A stretch of DNA of 64,000 nucleotides from assembly GCA_937921735.1 (NCBI GenBank), contig CAKZTQ010000011.1, forward strand, positions 18,333 to 82,332. Reading direction: 5' to 3'. This document shows, in pieces, positions 9,901-18,734 of the stretch; the stretch's first letter is position 1; each line of letters starts with the position of its first letter. The notes beneath the pieces were generated by a model. That model searched no databases, had not been told where the DNA came from, and was given only the letters and a program-made list of their open reading frames with translations. Position numbers and translations under genes: made by a program. Source of the DNA: an uncultured archaeon. Lineage in GTDB: Archaea; Hadarchaeota; Hadarchaeia; Hadarchaeales; Hadarchaeaceae.

Positions 9901-10977
9901 TTATCGCCCGGCGATAAAATCTTCGACAGCCTGCTTTGCCTCCGCGTCCGACATTTGAATGGGAGGATGCTTAAAGAAGTAAGCCGAAACGCCGATAAGT
10001 GGCCCGCCTATCTTGCGGTCGAGCGCGAGCTTCACCGCACGGATCGCGTCGATCACCACGCCCGCGCTATTCGGCGAGTCCTCAACGGAGAGCTTGACGT
10101 CTATGGTTAGGGGGACATCCCCGAACTTCCTCCCGCGGATGTGGATGTAGCATATCTTGTTGTCCTTCAAGAACGGCACGTAGTCGCTAGGGCCTATGCG
10201 TAGCGGTACCTCGTACGGCACTTGGCTTGCGACCGCTTCCGTCTTGCTTATGCGCTTCGAGCTCAGCCGTTCCTCCTCTAACATGTTCAGGAAGTCGGTG
10301 TTTCCACCGATGTTCAGTTGGTAGCTCTCCTCGATCTTTACTCCCCTATCGAGCAATAACTTCACTAGCGTCCTGTGAAGGATGGTCGCCCCCACTTGGG
10401 ATTTTATGTCGTCGCCCGCGCAGGGGAGCCCCGCTTGCCTGAACCTTTCTCCCCAGACCTTGTCCGAAACTATGAACTCAGGTATGCAATTGATAAACCC
10501 GCAACCCGCCTCCAGGGCCTGTTGCGCGTAGTATCTTGAGCCCTCGTAGCTGCCGACGGGCAAGTAGTTTATCAGGACGTCGGCGCGTGAGTCTCGAAGG
10601 ACCTGAGCGACATCCACAGGCTCCTGAGCTTTGTCCACGGGTATCACGCTCCTGAGGTATTTGCCCAAGCCATCAAGCACCGGTCCCTTCATGACCTCAA
10701 CGCCGAGCGGTGGGACATTACAAAATTTCACCGTGCAATTGGGCGGGGTAAATATGGCCTCCGCTAAATCCTTGCCTACCTTGTTGGCGTCCACGTCGAA
10801 GGCGGCCACGAACTTTATATCGCGGATGTGGTAACCGCCAAAGTTGACATGCATCAGGCCGGGGACGAATTGGTCCTCCCTCGCATCTTTGTAGTACTCC
10901 ACGCCCTGCACCAACGACGAGGCGCAATTCCCCACGCCGGCTATCGCGACGTTTATTTTTCCCATCAGCATCTCCAA
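9901..10977 (-). CDS. myo-inositol-1-phosphate synthase
   Basis: 358 aa. [23 protein letters not shown] and the [15 protein letters not shown] region are typical of archaeal MIPS. TTG at 10977, ATG alternatives at 10971 and 10965. Confidence 0.85.
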   Translation of the reverse strand: MEMLMGKINVAIAGVGNCASSLVQGVEYYKDAREDQFVPGLMHVNFGGYHIRDIKFVAAFDVDANKVGKDLAEAIFTPPNCTVKFCNVPPLGVEVMKGPVLDGLGKYLRSVIPVDKAQEPVDVAQVLRDSRADVLINYLPVGSYEGSRYYAQQALEAGCGFINCIPEFIVSDKVWGERFRQAGLPCAGDDIKSQVGATILHRTLVKLLLDRGVKIEESYQLNIGGNTDFLNMLEEERLSSKRISKTEAVASQVPYEVPLRIGPSDYVPFLKDNKICYIHIRGRKFGDVPLTIDVKLSVEDSPNSAGVVIDAIRAVKLALDRKIGGPLIGVSAYFFKHPPIQMSDAEAKQAVEDFIAGR

Positions 10978-10986
10978 TTTTGTATT

Positions 10987-11003
10987 ATTTCAAAATTTGA
11001 AAT
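10987..11003. promoter_or_regulatory. perfect 8-1-8 palindrome ATTTCAAA-A-TTTGAAAT in the MIPS/PadR divergent promoter (candidate operator)
   Basis: Read directly: atttcaaaatttgaaat. It lies between the MIPS start (10977, minus) and the TATA-like attataaa (about 11014..11021) upstream of padR. Confidence 0.45.
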
Positions 11004-11059
11004 ATTGCGAGGGATTATAAAGCTTGTGGTCGAAGAAAAAATGTGGTGCTATTTTGGCC

Positions 11060-11386
11060 ATGCGTCGACTGCAACGCAAGACGACGGCTGAGTTGATGTG
11101 GCCGTATATCCTGCGGTTACTCAAGGAGCGTCCGATGTATGCTTATGAACTGCGTAAGGAGATCAATAAGAGATTCGGGTGGAAGCCCCCGTTAGTTACC
11201 TCGTATACCGTGCTTTACAGGCTTCAGCGAAAGGGTTACATCACCACCGAGCGTGAAGAGCAGCGCAGGGGGAAGCCCGCCCGCAAGTACTATAGGATAA
11301 CGGAGAAGGGAGAGGAGCTTTTGGCTGACGCCGAGAAGTACTTCAGAGACATGTATGCTAAGCTCTTCGGAAAGAAACCCTTATGA
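11060..11386 (+). CDS. PadR-family transcriptional regulator
   Basis: PMYAYELRKEINKRFGWKPPLVTSYTVLYRLQRKGYITTE...KYYRITEKGEELL is a PadR winged helix. The ATG at 11060 was chosen because a TATA-like box lies inside the longer ORF (11024). Confidence 0.8.
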   Translation: MRRLQRKTTAELMWPYILRLLKERPMYAYELRKEINKRFGWKPPLVTSYTVLYRLQRKGYITTEREEQRRGKPARKYYRITEKGEELLADAEKYFRDMYAKLFGKKPL

Positions 11387-11983
11387 TAGGCGCCGCCTCG
11401 CGATGATCATCCTTTGGAGCGCAGTGAGGTGCGCCAGGATCGCCACCAACGGTACGGCGTAGTGCATCAGGTTGAACAGCCCGCCGACCGCCAGGATCAG
11501 AAGCCGCTCACCGCGTTCCGCGACCCCTACGTCGAGCTTTCCGGAGCCAGCCGCCTCGGCTCTTGCTCTAGTATAGCTGACCATGAAGCTACCCGTCACC
11601 GCGAACAACCCCCACTTCCAGCTGGCGAGGCCAGCGTAGATGGCGCCCGCGAATATGGCGAAGTCGACGTAACGATCGACGACCGAATCCAGTAGCCCGC
11701 CGAACGCCGTTTCCATCCCGCCCACCCGTGCCACGGCACCATCTATCGCGTCTAGGAACCCACATATCAACAGAGCCACTCCGGCCAAGCGGGGCTCGCT
11801 GTTGGCGAACAACAGGGCAGCCGCCGATCCCATCAACAATCCGAGCAGGGTTATCCAGTTGGGGGTAAAGCCGACCTGGATGAAGGCCCTCGCCACGGGC
11901 TCCAAAAGCGGTTCTATCCTCTCCCTTATCTCGCTGAGCATCCTTCCCTCGTTAAAGCAATAAATACCCGCGAATAAGTGCAT
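11381..11983 (-). CDS. CDP-alcohol phosphatidyltransferase (archaetidylinositol-phosphate synthase-like)
   Basis: 200 aa, polytopic. Motif DAIDGAVAR...G...D..VDRYVD (D-G-x2-A-R...D-x3-D). Confidence 0.75.
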   Translation of the reverse strand: MHLFAGIYCFNEGRMLSEIRERIEPLLEPVARAFIQVGFTPNWITLLGLLMGSAAALLFANSEPRLAGVALLICGFLDAIDGAVARVGGMETAFGGLLDSVVDRYVDFAIFAGAIYAGLASWKWGLFAVTGSFMVSYTRARAEAAGSGKLDVGVAERGERLLILAVGGLFNLMHYAVPLVAILAHLTALQRMIIARRRLS

Positions 11984-12829
11984 TGCGGTGAACGTGTGAT
12001 ATTCCTCGGGCCAGCCGGGGTTCCCTTGGCATGTAAGGAGAGGAGCACAACCGCCGGCGTCAGGTGCGTGTCTGAGCTCGGGTTGAACGCGCTCGAGTGC
12101 GAGTTCGTGAGGAGGGTGGGCATGAGCAACGAAGCCGCAAAGGAAGTCGGAGAGCTCGCCGAGCGCCTAGGCGTGCGCCTGTCCGTTCACTGCCCCTACT
12201 TCGTCAACTTATGCTCGAGCGATAAGGAAAAGCTGGAGGCGTCAAAAAAGAGGATCTTAGATTCGACCGAGAGGGCTAGCTTCATGCGCGCTGACATCGC
12301 GGTCTTTCACCCGGGATTCTACGGTTCGCTCTCGAGGGAGGAAGCCTACGAGGCCGTGAAGGAGTCCTGCTTGGATATCCTCGACCGGATGAGGTCCAAG
12401 GGGATAAGGGATGTCGGACTTGGGCTGGAGACCACGGGCAAGCAGACGGCGTTCGGGACGTTGGAGGAAATCGTCAGGATATGCGAGGAGGTGAAGGGGT
12501 GCGTGCCCGTGGTGGACTGGGCACACATTTACGCTCGAAACGCGGGCAGGATAGATTATGTAAGGGTATTCGACGAGCTGCGTCCTCTTAAGCTAAAGCA
12601 TCTGCACACGCACTTCACGGGGGTTGAGTTTACCGTCATCGAAGACGGCAAGGGCAACGAGAAACACCATCTCGAGATCAAGTCCAACAAGCCGCCGTTC
12701 AAGCCTCTCGCGGAGGAAATCCTGAGGAGAAAAATTGACATCACGATAATTTCAGAGTCGCCGATCTTGGAAAAAGACGCGCTGGAAATGAAGCGCGTGT
12801 TCGAGCGGCTCGGCTACAAGTTTAAGTAG
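11978..12829 (+). CDS. AP endonuclease family 2 / endonuclease IV-like TIM-barrel protein
   Basis: 283 aa. Pattern LSVHCPYFVNLCS ... AVFHPGFYG ... HLHTHFTG resembles Nfo/xylose-isomerase-like barrels. Confidence 0.55.
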   Translation: MHCGERVIFLGPAGVPLACKERSTTAGVRCVSELGLNALECEFVRRVGMSNEAAKEVGELAERLGVRLSVHCPYFVNLCSSDKEKLEASKKRILDSTERASFMRADIAVFHPGFYGSLSREEAYEAVKESCLDILDRMRSKGIRDVGLGLETTGKQTAFGTLEEIVRICEEVKGCVPVVDWAHIYARNAGRIDYVRVFDELRPLKLKHLHTHFTGVEFTVIEDGKGNEKHHLEIKSNKPPFKPLAEEILRRKIDITIISESPILEKDALEMKRVFERLGYKFK

Positions 12830-14096
12830 CCTGCACTTCCTTTAGCTTGTTAGCCAATTCCTCGCGAGGGACTAGCTCCTGCTCACCGGTGGTCATGTTC
12901 CGCAGCGTGACCTTTCCCGATGCCAAGTCCCTCGCCCCCACGATCACCGCGTATCTCGCTCTTCTAGCGTCTGCGTACGCGATGGCTTTTCTAAGGCTGC
13001 GCCCCATGAGGTCGACGTCGACGGAAAGCCCGGCCCTCCGAAGATCGCGGGCGATCTTAAGGCATTCGTCCAACATCTCCCCGCTCGATGGGAGCACCAT
13101 GCAGTCCAGTTGCCGTTCTTCTATCTCAACGCCTTGCCTCAGCATGGCCTGCGCTATCCTGTCGACGCCAAAGCCCACGCCTACCGCAGGGCAAGGTTCA
13201 CCGCCTAGCAACTCGATCAACTCGTCGTAACGTCCGCCACCAGCCACCTGCACACCGTCGACGTAGAGCTCGAAGACCACGTCGGTGTAGTACTCCAACC
13301 CGCGCGCGATGCCCAGGTCCACGCGATACCCATCGACGCCGCAGAGCTCTAGAAGCCTCAACACCGCTCGAAGCCGTCGCAGGGCCGCCCTGGCCTTCGT
13401 GAGGTCGCTCAGGAGCTCCTCCGCTTTGTCCAGTACCTCCACGCCGCCCCGAAGTCCTGCCACCGCCTTGAGGAGCTTTTTATATTCTTCCCCAACCCCC
13501 CGTTTGTCGAGCTCTTCCTCGAGCTTGGCCTGGTCGTGGGCGTCAATCGCCCTCATCACTGGGTCCTGCTCCTCGCCTTTTACCCCCGCCCGCGACAATA
13601 TTTCCCTCAAAAGGCCGACGTTGCCTATGCGTAAGTCGTAGCCCCTTAAACCTAGTTCCTTGGCGACTTCGTCGACCAGCGCTATCACCTCCGCATCTGC
13701 TTCGGGCCTCGAACTGCCGATTATCTCCGCCCCTGACTGCAGGAATTGCCTGTAGCGCCCCGCCTGCGGTTCCTCGTAACGGAAGCAGTTGCCAAAGTAA
13801 AACAGCTTCAAGGGTTTGGGGAACGACTTGAGCCGCTCGAGGTAGAACCTGACGACGGGAGCGGTCAGCTCCGGCCTCAGGGCGAGCCATCTCCCGGATT
13901 TATCCTGAAACGCGTAGATCTGGTTTACCACGCTGGCCCCCGATTTCTTGGTGAAGAGCTCGAGGTGCTCGAAGGTCGGCGTCTCTACCTCGACATAGCC
14001 GTAGCGCTTGAAAATCTCGTTCATCACGTGCATGACCTTGCGCACGCTCTCGAGCTCAGGGCCAAACAAATCGCGGGTCCCTCGCGGTCTCCGCAT
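12822..14096 (-). CDS. hisS: histidyl-tRNA synthetase
   Basis: 424 aa. PRGTRDLFG, FRYEEPQAGRYRQF and GGGRYDEL class II HisRS motifs. Confidence 0.9.
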   Translation of the reverse strand: MRRPRGTRDLFGPELESVRKVMHVMNEIFKRYGYVEVETPTFEHLELFTKKSGASVVNQIYAFQDKSGRWLALRPELTAPVVRFYLERLKSFPKPLKLFYFGNCFRYEEPQAGRYRQFLQSGAEIIGSSRPEADAEVIALVDEVAKELGLRGYDLRIGNVGLLREILSRAGVKGEEQDPVMRAIDAHDQAKLEEELDKRGVGEEYKKLLKAVAGLRGGVEVLDKAEELLSDLTKARAALRRLRAVLRLLELCGVDGYRVDLGIARGLEYYTDVVFELYVDGVQVAGGGRYDELIELLGGEPCPAVGVGFGVDRIAQAMLRQGVEIEERQLDCMVLPSSGEMLDECLKIARDLRRAGLSVDVDLMGRSLRKAIAYADARRARYAVIVGARDLASGKVTLRNMTTGEQELVPREELANKLKEVQAT

Positions 14097-14160
14097 CTCC
14101 CTGCCTCCGACGGAGTTATCTGTGGGAAGCTCTTAAACCTTCCCGGCCTTTGCCAGAGCG

Positions 14161-16308
14161 TTAATCGGGTAAATTCTCGTAAACTATCTCGTACAACTTT
14201 ACCCACCCGTTCTGACTCGTGAAGCGCAGTCGCAAGTAGTCGATCTCCGTCACCGCCGGTGGCAGCCAGCCTAGCTGGAATATCTTGGCGCTCAGCGGGA
14301 TCCCCATCTCCACCAAACTAGCGCCGAGCAGTTGGTTGTTTTCGTTGATGTATATCACCAACATCTCGCGGATATCTGGGGAGTGGTAAAACCCGAAGTC
14401 CAAAAATCTCATCGTGCCATCGGCATAAACCGAGAAGAGGGCGTAGCCTGTGAAGCGAGTTCGCTCGTTGTCGACCGGAATGTAGACTTCCATGTCCCAC
14501 TGGTGGAATACTACGTTTTCTCTATTCTCACCGAAGTTGAATGTGATTCTTGGCTCCTCCTGCGCCCAAGAGGTGGTCCGCGCCTTGACCCTCCCCCCGA
14601 AGATGGCGTTTCTAACCGCGTAGTATGCGGTCGAGATGTCGAACACGATGTACCGGATATCTATGCCGTAGTTATCGCGGTAGGTGCGGACGATTTTGGC
14701 GAACTCCTCGTCGCTGTCCACGGAGAAGAGGCGATCCACGTCCATCCTTCTCCCGCCGACCAACAAGGCCTCTTGGCCGATCCTTGGACGCCAGATGTAG
14801 TCGGGCGGGCGAATGGTAACGTTTGGATCGTTTTCCCATTTGCCCTCCAGGCTCCAAGTCTCACACCCGTCGACCACCGAGCGCCGTTTGGAGACGGCCG
14901 TCAGGAGGTGCCCATAGGACCACTGGACCGCGAATATTGCGCCCTCGGGCGAGTTCTGCCTCAGCCATTCGCCAGCATCCACCAGCGCCTCGTGGAGCGC
15001 CGCTTCCATGGGCGGGCCAGTCCTCCTCGCTTGGGCGTATGCATTTTGGGCGAAGGGGGTGGCGATTAGGATGGCGCATATCGCAAGCGCGAGGGGGCTC
15101 TTCAGCGCATGCATCCAGCCCGAGCTCGCCCCATGCGATACCGAGAGCTTTCTGATCCATCTCGCCAGCTCGACCAAGCCTAAACCCGCGAGGCACGCAA
15201 GCAGCGGCCACCAAAGCCTTAGGAACCTCACTTGGGAGTGCGCGAGGAAGACCAAGGCAGCCAGCCAAGGCAGCAGGATCCACTCACCTCTTCCCCTCGA
15301 AAGAACGACTCCCACCAGCGCAACCGCGACTAGGGCGAACACGATTCCGGTGAGCACATTTCCGCCGTAGAAGCCGTAGAGGCTCTCCCAGCTGGCGGGT
15401 TGCATCTCCGATGCATATCGAGGTATTCTCGCTGCAGGCGCCTTGAGCCCGACGAACTCCGCCCCCCAGCTGATGATTCCCGTAATCGACTGGCCGACGA
15501 TCGCCCAAGCGACGAAGAAGGTAATGCCTATCATCGCCGCTATGCCGTAGATGGTGTGTGCGTTTCCCTTAACGCTCTCCTTGATCGAGTTCAGGCCCCA
15601 GCTAGGGGTGGAATGCCCGAGGCTCTCCTTGAACAACACCAGCAACAGCGCCGCGATTATCACCGGAACCAAGTAGAGATAGCCGAGCCACGCGATGGGG
15701 AAGAGGCCGTAGGTTAGCCCAGCTAGCGCCGCGAACTTGAGCGCGGATTCTCGCGGGGACTTCAGGACCTTTATTGCGCCGTAAATCGCCCAAGCCGCTA
15801 GGAGTGCGGTGAGTATATCCCTGTCGAACGCGCCGATCTTGGCCCAGTAAACGGGCGAGGTCGTTCCCGGGCAGCTGGCCATCGTGGCGAGGAAAAAGAC
15901 GGATGCGCAGCCCGCGATGTCGCCGGCCAGCTCTTTACCTATGAGAAAGACGGGAATGAACATCAGCACGAAGAAGATCGCGGAGAGGTGAGTCGTCACA
16001 TCCTCGATGGTAAGCCACGGGAAGACCCGATGGAACCCCTTGTAGATCATCGCGGCGAGAAGGGGTTGAAGCTGGTCCGATATGCTCACGGGTAGCCCTT
16101 GCGGGGGGTGGGAGAGCTCGTGGACCGTCACCATGCCGTCGGCTTGCACGATCTCCTCCGCGAGGTGATGGAAGTAGCCGCTGTCAGACGTGGTGTACCC
16201 GCGATAGGCTGGCGCCGCCACCCAGAGCACCGAGAGCGAGAACGCCATCATCGCGAGCAAGTAGGCGACGATGAGCCATCGCTTGTACCTCAAAGGTACC
16301 CCAACCAA
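14161..16308 (-). CDS. aglB: STT3/AglB-type oligosaccharyltransferase
   Basis: 715 aa. Many N-terminal TM helices, EL1-like SDSGYFHH, degenerate WWDYG-type motif QWSYGH, soluble C-terminal domain. Confidence 0.6.
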   Translation of the reverse strand: MVGVPLRYKRWLIVAYLLAMMAFSLSVLWVAAPAYRGYTTSDSGYFHHLAEEIVQADGMVTVHELSHPPQGLPVSISDQLQPLLAAMIYKGFHRVFPWLTIEDVTTHLSAIFFVLMFIPVFLIGKELAGDIAGCASVFFLATMASCPGTTSPVYWAKIGAFDRDILTALLAAWAIYGAIKVLKSPRESALKFAALAGLTYGLFPIAWLGYLYLVPVIIAALLLVLFKESLGHSTPSWGLNSIKESVKGNAHTIYGIAAMIGITFFVAWAIVGQSITGIISWGAEFVGLKAPAARIPRYASEMQPASWESLYGFYGGNVLTGIVFALVAVALVGVVLSRGRGEWILLPWLAALVFLAHSQVRFLRLWWPLLACLAGLGLVELARWIRKLSVSHGASSGWMHALKSPLALAICAILIATPFAQNAYAQARRTGPPMEAALHEALVDAGEWLRQNSPEGAIFAVQWSYGHLLTAVSKRRSVVDGCETWSLEGKWENDPNVTIRPPDYIWRPRIGQEALLVGGRRMDVDRLFSVDSDEEFAKIVRTYRDNYGIDIRYIVFDISTAYYAVRNAIFGGRVKARTTSWAQEEPRITFNFGENRENVVFHQWDMEVYIPVDNERTRFTGYALFSVYADGTMRFLDFGFYHSPDIREMLVIYINENNQLLGASLVEMGIPLSAKIFQLGWLPPAVTEIDYLRLRFTSQNGWVKLYEIVYENLPD

Positions 16309-16356
16309 GCTCTAGGTCGCGGCGGGCCTTAAAAATTTGTGAGAAGGGAGGGCAGC

Positions 16357-16620
16357 TCACTTCTTGGCCTTTTCGGGCTCCTTAGCTTCCTCAGCAGTCG
16401 CCGCGGCGGGCTCCACTTCCTTGGTAGTCGCCATTATCCAACCAAGCCAGAAACCCAAGCCCACCACGATTAGCAGGAACACGGTGACTGGCAGCGCGAA
16501 TGCCAGCGATGGCGGCGGGCCAGCTATATACCCGAACCAAATGTGCGCCGCGGCAACAGCGACGCAAGCGAGGCACAAGAGCGCTCCGAGGACCCTCGAG
16601 GAGCTCAATCCATCACCCAT
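16357..16620 (-). CDS. small two-TM membrane protein, unknown function
   Basis: Internal ATG of ORF 16357..16737 chosen. TATA-like atatttaaatc lies ~30 nt upstream. Two hydrophobic helices and a Lys/Glu-rich tail. Confidence 0.4.
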   Translation of the reverse strand: MGDGLSSSRVLGALLCLACVAVAAAHIWFGYIAGPPPSLAFALPVTVFLLIVVGLGFWLGWIMATTKEVEPAAATAEEAKEPEKAKK

Positions 16621-16729
16621 CCGAGCCGCAAAACATTCCGATTGGTGATTTAAATATCTTTCGCAGCCCCGCCGATGTCGCCTCGGACAGGGTTTATTAG
16701 GTGGGGCTCGAAAGTTTGTCTCGATCAGC

Positions 16730-18541
16730 ATGTCCAAGGCCTACGTGGTGGACACCAGCGTCGTGGTCGACGGGCGCATCTCGCGCATGGTCGAGGGCGG
16801 CGAATTGCGGGATTGTGAGATAGTCGTGCCGCAAGCGGTCTTGGCAGAGCTCGAGCATCAGGCCAACTCTGGTAGGGACTCCGGCTTCAGCGGCTTGGCC
16901 GAGCTCAGGCGCCTCCGCGAGTTCGCAGACCAAGGGCGGGTCAGGCTCAGCTTCGCGGGCCAGAGGCCCACCGCCGACCAGCTCGCAGGCGCCGCCGCTG
17001 GGGCGATAGACGCTGCCATTAGGGACCTCGCTAGGGAAAGGGGCGCGGTGCTCGTGACGAGCGATGCGGTGATGGCCGAGGTGGGCAGGGTGGAGGGGCT
17101 GGAGGTGATGTTTTTGAAACCCCTCCCCGTCGAGCGGAAGCCCAAGTTGCTGAAGTATTTCGACGAGAACACGATGTCGGTCCACCTCAAGGACCGCGTT
17201 CGCCCGATGGCGAAGGTCGGACGCCCGGGCAAGTTCGTGCTCAAGGTACTCGATGAGAGGCCGCTGACTGAGGAGGAGCTGAGAGAGATGGCTAGGGAGA
17301 TCATAGAGCTCGCCAGGCAGGACCCTGACGGCTTCATCGAGCTCGAACGGGAGGGCGCGACCATCGTGCAGTTCCACGAGTACCGCATTGCCATAGCCCG
17401 CCCACCCTTCAGCGATGGGTTCGAGATCACCGCCGTGAGGCCGGTGGCGGAGGTCAAGCTCGAGGACTATCGCCTCTCCGATAAGCTGAAGGAGCGCCTG
17501 AGCAAGCAGGCGGAGGGCGTGCTCATCGCCGGCCCGCCCGGCGCCGGCAAGTCGACGTTCGCGCAGGCATTGGCCGAGCTATATCGCAAGCAGGGCAAGA
17601 TAGTCAAGACCATGGAGTCCCCCCGCGACCTCCAGGTGAGCGATGAAATAACGCAATACAGCCCGCTGGAGGGGGATATGGAGAGGACGGCCGACGTGCT
17701 GTTGCTGGTGCGCCCGGACTACACCATCTACGACGAGATGCGCAAGACCAAGGACTTTCAGATCTTCACCGACATGCGCCTCGCTGGCATTGGCATGGTT
17801 GGAGTAGTCCACGCCACCCGGGCGATCGACGCGATCCAGCGCCTCATAGGTAGGGTGGAGCTGGGCATGATACCCATGATAGCCGACACCGTCATCTTCA
17901 TCAAGGATGGCGAGATCAAGGAGGTCTACTCGCTTAAGTCGGTGGTGAAGGTGCCCCATGGCATGATAGAAGCTGACCTGGCTAGACCGATCATTCAGGT
18001 CTGCGATTTCGAGACGGACGAGCCCGTCTACGAGATCTACTCCTTTGGCGAGGAAATCGTCGTGATGCCCGTGCGGAGGAGGGAGCCATCGAAGGCCGAG
18101 CGCAAGCTGGCGGAAGAGATCAGACGGGAGATAAAGCGAAGGGCGAGGGCCGACGTCGACGTGGAGGTGCTGTCGGAAGGTGAGGCCATCGTTCGCGCCG
18201 ATCCCGAGGCGATACCGAAGATAATCGGGCGGGGAGGTAGGACAATCGACGCGGTGCAGCGGAGGCTGGGGGTGAAGATAGACGTGCGGGAGCGCGAGGA
18301 ACCAGCCGAAGGGCGAGAGGAGCTGGAGGTAGAGGTCAAGGAGGAGGGGGGTCACGTCATCTTGATGTTAGGCAGGGAACATCGAGGCGAGAACGTCGAG
18401 ATCTACGCGGGAGATGCCTTCTTGTTCAAGGCCACGGTGGGCGCCAGGGGGGATATACGCATAGAGCGAGGTAGCGAGTTCGGGAGGCAGCTTAAGAGCT
18501 TGGTGGAGCAGGGCGTGCCCATACGCGCGGTTCGAGCCTAG
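16730..18541 (+). CDS. PIN-domain / PilT-like ATPase / KH-domain protein (archaeal PINA-type)
   Basis: 603 aa. N-terminal PIN (YVVDTSVVVDGR), Walker A GPPGAGKST, C-terminal KH IIGRGGRTIDAVQRRLG. Confidence 0.75.
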   Translation: MSKAYVVDTSVVVDGRISRMVEGGELRDCEIVVPQAVLAELEHQANSGRDSGFSGLAELRRLREFADQGRVRLSFAGQRPTADQLAGAAAGAIDAAIRDLARERGAVLVTSDAVMAEVGRVEGLEVMFLKPLPVERKPKLLKYFDENTMSVHLKDRVRPMAKVGRPGKFVLKVLDERPLTEEELREMAREIIELARQDPDGFIELEREGATIVQFHEYRIAIARPPFSDGFEITAVRPVAEVKLEDYRLSDKLKERLSKQAEGVLIAGPPGAGKSTFAQALAELYRKQGKIVKTMESPRDLQVSDEITQYSPLEGDMERTADVLLLVRPDYTIYDEMRKTKDFQIFTDMRLAGIGMVGVVHATRAIDAIQRLIGRVELGMIPMIADTVIFIKDGEIKEVYSLKSVVKVPHGMIEADLARPIIQVCDFETDEPVYEIYSFGEEIVVMPVRRREPSKAERKLAEEIRREIKRRARADVDVEVLSEGEAIVRADPEAIPKIIGRGGRTIDAVQRRLGVKIDVREREEPAEGREELEVEVKEEGGHVILMLGREHRGENVEIYAGDAFLFKATVGARGDIRIERGSEFGRQLKSLVEQGVPIRAVRA

Positions 18542-18547
18542 CAATAA

Positions 18548-18555
18548 TCATAAAT
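18548..18555 (+). promoter_or_regulatory. TATA-like box for tRNA-Arg(CCT)
   Basis: tcataaat is centred ~27 nt upstream of the tRNA 5' end. Confidence 0.35.
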
Positions 18556-18578
18556 CTCCTCGGTTGAATTTTACTTGA

Positions 18579-18652
18579 GGGCCCGTGGCCAAGTCGGATA
18601 AGGCGGCAGCCTCCTAAGCTGCAAATCGCGGGTTCGAATCCCGCCGGGCCCG
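18579..18652 (+). tRNA. tRNA-Arg (anticodon CCT)
   Basis: Hand-folded cloverleaf: acceptor GGGCCCG/CGGGCCC, anticodon stem GCAGC/GCTGC, loop CTCCTAA, T arm GCGGG-TTCGAAT-CCCGC. No encoded CCA. T-run follows. Confidence 0.9.
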
Positions 18653-18734
18653 CTATTTTTTGGCTCCCTTTTCGCGCGGAAAAAAAATCTTATAGCTCCT
18701 GTTGCAGGTAGTTTAAGGACTTTTAGGTGAAAAG

